A stretch of 34,835 nt of DNA. Source: a virus (Duplodnaviria; Caudoviricetes). Shown in pieces: positions 28,165 to 34,835 of the stretch. Within the stretch, counting starts at the first letter, position 1. The number at the start of each line of letters is the position of its first letter. The position numbers were made by a program, and so were the translations under genes. Location of the stretch: positions 1 through 34,835 of the IMG/VR virus record IMGVR_UViG_3300017962_000042; one strand, written 5' to 3'. A model generated the notes under the pieces. That model made no database searches. It was not told the origin of the DNA and saw nothing but the letters and a program-made list of their open reading frames with translations.

Positions 28165-30023
28165 TGAGTTATACAGTTAATAAAACAGATGGAACAGTTC
28201 TTTCTACAGTCGGTGACGGTACAGTAGATAATACTACTACTGATATTACTTTAGTCGGTAGAAAGTTTAGCGGTTATGGTGAAGTATTAAATGAAAATTT
28301 TGTAAAAATTCTAGAAAGTTTTGCAAATAATACTGCTCCGACTAATCCAATCGAAGGACAAATTTGGTATGATACGTTTGAAGGACGTTTAAAAGTTTAT
28401 ACAGGATCGGTTTTTAAACCAACAGGGGGTCCATTAGTACAAGATTCACAACCAGATGGACTAGTTTTAGGCGATCTTTGGATTAACAACGAAAAAAATC
28501 AACTTTATTTTTATGATGGTGTAGATCTTACACTTGCTGGACCTATATATTCTAAACAGCAAGGAGAAAACGGCTTTGTAGTTGAAACTTTAACAGACAC
28601 AAATAATAACGGTCGTGTTGTTTCTAAATTGTTTGTTAACGGATTGTTAGTTGGTATTTTAAGTAGATATGAATTCACTCCTAAAACTGCTATTAACGGT
28701 TTTGCTACTGTAAAAGTTGGTTTGAATTTATCCACGGCAGTAAACGGTTTGAAGATACACGGTTCAGCAACATCAGCAGACGCAGTTGCAGGTATTGATC
28801 CTGGACAATTTTTACGTTCAGATGAAAATGATATTACAACAGGAACACTTGGTATTGTTAACAACGGCGGAGTCACAATAGGAAGTAACAGTAACTACAC
28901 ACAGTTTATTGATGGAAGTCAAGTTACAATCCTTAAGAACAACTTACAAGATAGAGATTTTCAAGTTCAAGTAAACAGTAGTACAACTGGCGGCATCGTT
29001 ACGGCAATAGATATTAATAGTTCAGCATTACAATTAGACATATTTGAAGGTGAAACTGCGTCACTTACAAGAGTAGGTGGAGATTTAACAATTTTTGGTA
29101 ATTTGACAGTCAATGGTGCTACAACATTTATTGATAGCCAAAATATGAGAATTGAAGACAAGAATATTGAACTTTCTGTAACAAATACACCAACAGATGA
29201 TCTAGCAAATGGCGGCGGTATTACTCTACAAGGTAATACAAATTATACTATTAGTTGGGATAAACTAACAAATCATTGGGATTATAACCAAGGCATAAAT
29301 TTAGAAACAGGTAACACTTATACTATTAATGACAATTTAGTATTAAGTGATACAACTTTAGGTTCGGGTGTAATAAATTCCAGTTTGACAAATGTTGGAG
29401 TATTAACTGAATTACAAGTTGATGATATTGAAATAAACGGTGATACAATTAGCACAGTAAGTTCAAGCGGAGACTTGAATTTTAGAATTTGGGGTGCAGG
29501 TAATATTGTACTTGATCCAGAAGAGTCTACTCCAGTAACTCAAATTAAAGGAGTAAAAGATCCAACTGCTAATCAAGATGTTGCTACAAAAAATTATGTC
29601 GATACTGAATTAAGAAGCAAAACTTTACAGTTTACTATTAATGTAAGTGGAGCATCTCCTAGTGTTAATACTTATGTAGTAGCACAATTAGCAAAATTAG
29701 CACCACCAGTAAACTATGAAGTAGGTACACAAGCAAGAGTATTATGTGAAACACTTTCTTTGACAGGTGCGGCAACTCCAATTCAAGCATATGACGACAC
29801 AGATGCAGGCTGGTTAGCAGACACAAGTCAAACAAATGTAATTTTAAGATCAAAAGTAGCAGTTGACAAAGACGGCAATTTAAGTAGTGCAAGTACAGTG
29901 CAAGATGTTACAATTCCAAATGGATTTACACCTAGCGGTAACTCTATTGCTGTTAGTTCGGAAGTAAGAATTTATGAACTTGATAGTTCACCGACTTGGG
30001 TAGCAACAGGAGTAGTATTATAA
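28164..30023 (+). CDS. Tail fibre 2 (paralogue)
   Basis: Shared N-terminal module (LVGRKFSGYGEVLNENFVKILESF...GQIWYD), GNLTVNG..T..IEDKNIEL segment and DPTANQDVATKNYVD neck motif. Confidence 0.8.
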   Translation: MSYTVNKTDGTVLSTVGDGTVDNTTTDITLVGRKFSGYGEVLNENFVKILESFANNTAPTNPIEGQIWYDTFEGRLKVYTGSVFKPTGGPLVQDSQPDGLVLGDLWINNEKNQLYFYDGVDLTLAGPIYSKQQGENGFVVETLTDTNNNGRVVSKLFVNGLLVGILSRYEFTPKTAINGFATVKVGLNLSTAVNGLKIHGSATSADAVAGIDPGQFLRSDENDITTGTLGIVNNGGVTIGSNSNYTQFIDGSQVTILKNNLQDRDFQVQVNSSTTGGIVTAIDINSSALQLDIFEGETASLTRVGGDLTIFGNLTVNGATTFIDSQNMRIEDKNIELSVTNTPTDDLANGGGITLQGNTNYTISWDKLTNHWDYNQGINLETGNTYTINDNLVLSDTTLGSGVINSSLTNVGVLTELQVDDIEINGDTISTVSSSGDLNFRIWGAGNIVLDPEESTPVTQIKGVKDPTANQDVATKNYVDTELRSKTLQFTINVSGASPSVNTYVVAQLAKLAPPVNYEVGTQARVLCETLSLTGAATPIQAYDDTDAGWLADTSQTNVILRSKVAVDKDGNLSSASTVQDVTIPNGFTPSGNSIAVSSEVRIYELDSSPTWVATGVVL

Positions 30024-32059
30024 TGGCTTATCAGATAGACAAAACAGACGGAACTACATTAGTACAATTACTAGATGGTGTTGTAGATACTAGTACTGAC
30101 TTAAAACTTGTTGGTAGAAACGTAAGTGGATACGGTGATGCACAAAATGAAAACTTTGTAAAACTACTTGAAAATTTTGCAAAAGCAGACACACCTCCAG
30201 GAAAACCGTTAATTGGTCAAATCTGGTTTGACAAAAATGCTGATAAAATGCGTCCAAGCGTTTTTGATGGTGCAAGATGGAGAAACGTTGCAATCAATCA
30301 AGTTGCGCCTTCAACACAAATACCACAAGGTCAAAAAGAAGGTGACATGTGGTGGGACACAACAAATAAACAATTATATATTTGGGACAATACAAATACA
30401 CAACATATTCTTGTAGGTCCTGAAAGTGTAACAGGATTTGGTAAAACAAAATGGGAAGGTGCAAAACTTACAGATACAAGTGGTGTAGATCATGCTGTTG
30501 TTATAGGTTATAGTGACGGTGTTGCACAAGCAGTAATTTCAACTGATACATTTACTAATGATCAAACAGTTACACCTTTAACTGATTTTGATAACATAGC
30601 AAGAGGTATTTCTCTAAATACAACCAGCAGTGCTGGTATTACATCTGGTGCAACAAGATTTCATGGCACAGCAACTGATGCAGACAGACTAGGCGGACGC
30701 CTAGCAAGCACGTGGGCCAATAGAAATGATAATGAAATTGTAACAGGTATTTGGAGTTTCCAAAACGATAGTGGTATTACAATTGGTAATACACTTGAAA
30801 TGAGTTTAAAGGTTATTAATGCAGACGAGCCTGCGGTATTCAATGATACAGGTGATATTTTACGTTTTGGTGTAAACTATACCGGATCAGGTTTTGATAA
30901 AACTGTATTTGCAATTAACGGAAAAAATATTTTACCTTATGCAAACAATGAAATTAATTTAGGTAGTCCAAGTCTAGCATGGAGAAATATCTATGCAGAT
31001 AGCATTTACGCAAACATCATAGGCGACATGGTAGGTACTCATGTTGGAAATTCATCAGGAACACACAATGGTGCTACTGTTGGTAACCATACAGGTAATG
31101 TTATTGATGGTGGTGGTACAGTCATACTTGATATTGATGGTACAACATTAAGAACAGATGCAGGACGCAGTGGATCAGGAAGTATTGAAGGTAGATTTGA
31201 AGGAGTTGCCGCTCATGTAGATGACGGTATGTACAGAAGTGAAAACCAAACTATTACAGGTACTAAAACGTTTAATGCAAATACTATAATTGCTGGAGGA
31301 ATGACAATTCAGTCTTATCCTGTTGTTAGTAATATCGGTGTTACAGTCAATAATACACTTCAAGCAGATAATGTTTTATTTTCTACAGGTACTATTGGTG
31401 AAGGAGCAATAAGTGCTAATGATCCTAACAGAAACAAATCAAGTTTAATTATTAATGAAGTTACTGTGCAAAATAGTGATATTACGAATAATATTATCAC
31501 AGGCGGCAGTATTTCAAGTACCACTATAGATAATGTAAGTATTGGTGCAACTAATTCAGCAACACTTGTTAGATCACAACAGTTTAAAGATAGATTAAAC
31601 AATACTATTGATAATTTTAGCACTGACGGCACTTTTTACGATAACAGTGACCACATTATTCCAACGCAAAAAGCAATCAAAACATATGTAGATAATGCAA
31701 TATCATCAATTCCGCAGGATATTCAATTCTATCTTGATACAAAAGGTTTAAGTGATGCACAAGTATTATCACAACTTAATAGGCTAGCACCTGCAAATAA
31801 TTTGACAGATGGTACAGAAGCAAGAATTATAGGAAGTTATTATTATGCTGATCACGGATTAGATGCTAGAGGTCAATTAAAGTACTTCCAAAAATACGGA
31901 ACAAAAGTACAAAGTGGAATTGGCTACATTGGTGGTAGAGTTATTACTGTAGGGGCAGGTTCTAGCACAGACTTGTTAAACAAAAAACAAGTTGATACAA
32001 CATACTTGTTCCGTGTTGTAAGCAGTGCATGGACTTTGATACAAAAAAATGGATTTTAA
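30023..32059 (+). CDS. Tail fibre 3 (paralogue)
   Basis: Start moved from 29996 to 30023 (MAYQIDK) to match the paralogue N-termini and the TAATG coupling. Has Gxxx tetrad repeats and a PTQKAIKTYVD motif. Confidence 0.8.
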   Translation: MAYQIDKTDGTTLVQLLDGVVDTSTDLKLVGRNVSGYGDAQNENFVKLLENFAKADTPPGKPLIGQIWFDKNADKMRPSVFDGARWRNVAINQVAPSTQIPQGQKEGDMWWDTTNKQLYIWDNTNTQHILVGPESVTGFGKTKWEGAKLTDTSGVDHAVVIGYSDGVAQAVISTDTFTNDQTVTPLTDFDNIARGISLNTTSSAGITSGATRFHGTATDADRLGGRLASTWANRNDNEIVTGIWSFQNDSGITIGNTLEMSLKVINADEPAVFNDTGDILRFGVNYTGSGFDKTVFAINGKNILPYANNEINLGSPSLAWRNIYADSIYANIIGDMVGTHVGNSSGTHNGATVGNHTGNVIDGGGTVILDIDGTTLRTDAGRSGSGSIEGRFEGVAAHVDDGMYRSENQTITGTKTFNANTIIAGGMTIQSYPVVSNIGVTVNNTLQADNVLFSTGTIGEGAISANDPNRNKSSLIINEVTVQNSDITNNIITGGSISSTTIDNVSIGATNSATLVRSQQFKDRLNNTIDNFSTDGTFYDNSDHIIPTQKAIKTYVDNAISSIPQDIQFYLDTKGLSDAQVLSQLNRLAPANNLTDGTEARIIGSYYYADHGLDARGQLKYFQKYGTKVQSGIGYIGGRVITVGAGSSTDLLNKKQVDTTYLFRVVSSAWTLIQKNGF

Positions 32060-32540
32060 TGTAGTAGAAAACTTTATAGGAAACGTAGACGATATTATGC
32101 AATTAGTTAAAGAACATGAATTACAAGAAAAGTTTACATTTCGCGGAACTGGAGGCAGAGAACAGCACAATACAAAATATGGCGAAAGTCATTTTAGTTC
32201 TTTGTTTCAAAGAAATATGAGTGATGAACTTGTAGAAACAATTTGGAAAACTATTCCAGACGAAAGGAAATGGTGTAGTCAGGTTGTTATAAACAAGTAC
32301 AAAGCAGGAGATTTTTTAGTAAGGCATCAAGATTCTCAAGGCGGATACTGGAAGTTTAAACTTGTTTTTTTAACAGAAGGTAAGCCGCACTTTAAATATT
32401 GGGATAAAGAAGAAAACGAACATTTAGTCCAAGAAAAGAAAGGTGCAATGTTCGACATGCCGATTGATACTTGGCACGAGGTAACTAAAATACAAGAGGA
32501 CGAAGATCCAAAGTATAGTCTTTGTCTAATATGGGAATAA
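32049..32540 (+). CDS. 2OG-Fe(II) oxygenase (prolyl-hydroxylase-like double-stranded beta-helix fold)
   Basis: VVENFI start; INKYKAGDFLVRHQD with H93-x-D95; WHEVTKI with H143; K155-Y-S157 at the usual 2OG-binding strand. Confidence 0.85.
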   Translation: MDFNVVENFIGNVDDIMQLVKEHELQEKFTFRGTGGREQHNTKYGESHFSSLFQRNMSDELVETIWKTIPDERKWCSQVVINKYKAGDFLVRHQDSQGGYWKFKLVFLTEGKPHFKYWDKEENEHLVQEKKGAMFDMPIDTWHEVTKIQEDEDPKYSLCLIWE

Positions 32541-32544
32541 AGGT

Positions 32545-33027
32545 ATGGCAAAAGAAAACGTAACATTAATGTTTAACAAAGGAAACAAAGCACTAATTGG
32601 TGCTGTTCCTGCTGGTGTTGATAAGAGTATTATTAATACTGGAGAAATTTATCTAAAAGATATTGCTTATGACCCGCAAACACATACGTGGAACGGGCCT
32701 TATGATACAGGGAGTTTACAAGTTATTAGCGATATTGCAGTAAATGATCAAATTATTGATGAAGAAATGCTAGATGCAAACGTTGCCGATACAATTGAAG
32801 AAACATATCCTTTATACAAACAAATGAATATTATTATAGATATGCTTGATAAAAATAGTGCTATTACTAATACAGCAGAATTTACAGAATTGGTAACATT
32901 TTTAAAAGATCAAAGAGATCGTAATAATGCTCGTAAAGAAGTTTACAAACAAGACGGAACACCATATGAATTTTTAAGCAAAGAGGACTTAAGAACCGCA
33001 GTTAAAAAACGCATGGGTGAGGAATAG
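32545..33027 (+). CDS. Hypothetical protein, possibly a fibre assembly/accessory factor
   Basis: 160-aa ORF within the fibre cluster, beta-rich N-half and helical C-half (IEETYPLYKQMNII). Function is inferred from position only. Confidence 0.55.
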   Translation: MAKENVTLMFNKGNKALIGAVPAGVDKSIINTGEIYLKDIAYDPQTHTWNGPYDTGSLQVISDIAVNDQIIDEEMLDANVADTIEETYPLYKQMNIIIDMLDKNSAITNTAEFTELVTFLKDQRDRNNARKEVYKQDGTPYEFLSKEDLRTAVKKRMGEE

Positions 33028-33034
33028 GTAAATA
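33010..33034 (+). promoter_or_regulatory. Candidate late promoter for fibre 4 (CGCA-N15-TAAATA)
   Basis: GGTAAATA at 33027-33034, the same octamer as before gp6. Followed by the SD GAGGA (33040-33044) and the ATG at 33050. Confidence 0.6.
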
Positions 33035-33049
33035 CTGTAGAGGAACAAG

Positions 33050-34816
33050 ATGCCATATATTATTAACAATTATAACGGACAACAGTTAAGTGTAGTATCA
33101 GACGGTACTATTGATGAAACTACAGATATTAGATTAATCGGTAGAAATTATGCTGGCTTTGGCGAAGTACTTAACGAAAACCTTGTACATATTTTACAAA
33201 GTTTTGCTGGTCCAAATGAACCACCTAAACCACTAGCAGGTCAAGTTTGGTATGATAGTGCTAACAAAGTAATTAAATTCTATGATGGTAATAGATTTAG
33301 AATTGCAGGCGGAGCAGAAACAGGAGCAAATGCACCAGTAGGTTTAGCAAATGGTGATCTGTGGTGGGAAGAAGATGGCCAACAATTATATGTTTACAAC
33401 GGTAGTGATTTTGTTCTAGTTGGTCCTGTAAGTGCAGGCGGAGAAGGTGTATCACAACTAACTTCGGCAGTTGTTAAAGACATAAGTGCTAATGATAGAA
33501 CTATCCTAAAAGTCACTGTTGAAGATAATGTTTTAGGTGTTATTTCACAATCAGAATTTACATTAGATAGTACTGCTAATCCTATTCCGGGATTTAGTGC
33601 TATTAAGAAAGGTTTCAACCTTGCAAGTTCAACAACATATCCTAATATCAAATATTGGGGAACTGCTGAAACTGCTGACGCTCTTACTGTAAATGGAACA
33701 GTTACACCAGCAAATCAGTTTGTATTGAACAGCGGAATTCAAAGTTTTGCAGATTTTGTGAATATTAACACAGATGATGGAATCTTTATTGGCGCAGGTA
33801 GTGACTTACATCTGCATGTTACAAATGGTGATGAAGTTAATATAAGCAATGAAATTGCAAACACAATTAAGTTTAATATCAATAACGGTAGTATTATAAC
33901 AAATGTAGGTAGATTTATAGGTAGTGCGTTTGTTTCTGGAAACGATAATACTGGAACACTAGGAACTATTAATAACAAATGGCAAACAGTTCATACTTAC
34001 AACATTGACGCAAATTTAGTAGAGGGAGATTTAAATGGTAATGTTACAGGTAATGTTACAGGAAACCTCACAGGTGATGTTGTTGGTAACGTAAACAGCA
34101 GTGGTACAACATTTAACGGATTTTTTAATAACCTTACAGTCGGTGGAACACTTACTGCAAACTTAACTGGTACATCAACAACAGCAGAAAAATTAGTTGT
34201 TGATGGCGGCACAGCAAGAGTAGCAGAAACAACAGTTGGAAATAATACTATTGTTTCTAGAGATGGAAGTGGAAACATTAATGTTAATGTAGTTAATGGT
34301 ACAGCAACAAATGCTCAACAACTTCAAAATTTAGTACCTTCTATTTCATCTAATGCTGACACTATTGCACAGAGAGATTCTAATGCAGATATTAGAGCAA
34401 GAAAACTTATTGGTACTGCAACTGCCGCTGAATATGCTGACTTGGCTGAAAACTATGTTGCTGATGCAGATTATGAAGTAGGCACTGTTTTAGTACTAGG
34501 CGGTGACAAAGAAGTTACACAAAGCACTTCACAATTAGATCATAGAGTAGTTGGTGTAGTATCTGAAAATCCTGCACACTTAATGAATAGTGGTCTTGAA
34601 GGAGAGTTTGTTGCTATGGTAGCATTACGTGGTCGCATTAAAGTTAAGGTAACAGGACCTGTACGTAAAGGCGATATCTTAATTACAAGTCATGTTCCAG
34701 GAACAGCAACATCACTAACAGAAGATAGTGCTATTCCTAATGCTATATATGTAATTGGAAAATCATTAGAAGAAAATACTTCTGCAGACGTTAAACTAAT
34801 TGAAATAGTTGTTTAA
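33050..34816 (+). CDS. Tail fibre 4 with C-terminal intramolecular chaperone (peptidase G2/IMC-like)
   Basis: Shared N-terminus, GNVT tetrad stalk and two TIxxRD repeats. C-terminal YADLAENY...GTVLVLGG...VVGVVSENPAHLMN...VALRGRIKVKV...KGDILITS. Confidence 0.82.
   Translation: MPYIINNYNGQQLSVVSDGTIDETTDIRLIGRNYAGFGEVLNENLVHILQSFAGPNEPPKPLAGQVWYDSANKVIKFYDGNRFRIAGGAETGANAPVGLANGDLWWEEDGQQLYVYNGSDFVLVGPVSAGGEGVSQLTSAVVKDISANDRTILKVTVEDNVLGVISQSEFTLDSTANPIPGFSAIKKGFNLASSTTYPNIKYWGTAETADALTVNGTVTPANQFVLNSGIQSFADFVNINTDDGIFIGAGSDLHLHVTNGDEVNISNEIANTIKFNINNGSIITNVGRFIGSAFVSGNDNTGTLGTINNKWQTVHTYNIDANLVEGDLNGNVTGNVTGNLTGDVVGNVNSSGTTFNGFFNNLTVGGTLTANLTGTSTTAEKLVVDGGTARVAETTVGNNTIVSRDGSGNINVNVVNGTATNAQQLQNLVPSISSNADTIAQRDSNADIRARKLIGTATAAEYADLAENYVADADYEVGTVLVLGGDKEVTQSTSQLDHRVVGVVSENPAHLMNSGLEGEFVAMVALRGRIKVKVTGPVRKGDILITSHVPGTATSLTEDSAIPNAIYVIGKSLEENTSADVKLIEIVV
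34025..34093 (+). repeat. G-x-(V/L)-x tetrapeptide repeats of the fibre stalk
   Basis: GDLN GNVT GNVT GNLT GDVV GNV; exact 12-bp duplication GGTAATGTTACA at 34037-34060. Confidence 0.8.
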
Positions 34817-34835
34817 ATCTTTTTAGCACATATAA

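Noticed and set aside
29996-30022. N-terminal extension MGSNRSSII of fibre 3 in the ORF track
   Set aside because: Paralogues start at MxY, and TAATG coupling places the start at 30023.
32042-32059. A7 run at the fibre 3/oxygenase overlap as a programmed frameshift fusing the two
   Set aside because: Fusion needs a +1 shift, whereas A-AAA-AAT is a -1 type site leading to a quick stop. No stimulatory structure is seen and A7 runs are common in this AT-rich DNA.
19721-32400. Intragenic CTAAATA/TTAAATA hexamer hits (about 19721, 26749, 30614, 32392) as late promoters
   Set aside because: They have a pyrimidine before the box, are not close to a gene start, and are expected by chance in AT-rich sequence.
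33025-33063. TAG stop of the 160-aa gene as recoding or readthrough into fibre 4
   Set aside because: Readthrough is out of frame with fibre 4 and ends at a TAA after 12 codons. The long genes are intact under the standard code, so there is no evidence of stop reassignment.
2849-34278. The many 60-120 aa minus-strand and alternative-frame ORFs nested in structural genes
   Set aside because: Explained by codon bias of the real genes (Pro/Leu/Ser/Val-rich mirror of Gly/Asn/Thr codons); no recognisable motifs.
26134-34816. DGR, invertase shufflon or CRISPR-like repeat system diversifying the fibres
   Set aside because: No reverse transcriptase, recombinase, near-identical template/variable repeat pair or spaced repeat array is visible; fibre similarity is old and at protein level.

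Overview
An AT-rich (roughly one-third G+C by eye), gene-dense segment of a large T4-superfamily myophage, probably an uncultured jumbo-type phage. The left end (minus strand) carries an enlarged gp55-like late sigma factor and the 5' part of a gp47-like (Mre11/SbcD) nuclease, each behind its own near-consensus sigma70 promoter. From 1296 a divergent, translationally coupled late module encodes the baseplate and fibres. In order: a tube-initiator-like protein, gp53, a gp27-like hub, a lysozyme-less gp5-like spike, gp25, gp6, a 4654-aa multidomain wedge/adhesin, a conserved 218-aa protein, and four paralogous fibres. A 2OG-Fe(II) oxygenase and a small unknown protein sit between fibres 3 and 4. 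The most interesting signals are: (i) a candidate bipartite late promoter (MGYA-N14/15-TAAATA) that may be read by the enlarged gp55; (ii) a shared AACT-N4-AGTT palindrome in both sigma70 promoters, with late boxes overlapping the gp55 promoter; (iii) the oxygenase cassette coupled to a fibre with a swapped C-terminal loop; (iv) candidate metal sites and glycan-binding modules in virion proteins. All protein calls come from motif recognition and gene order, not from database searches. I saw no tRNA, CRISPR array, integrase, transposase or reverse transcriptase.
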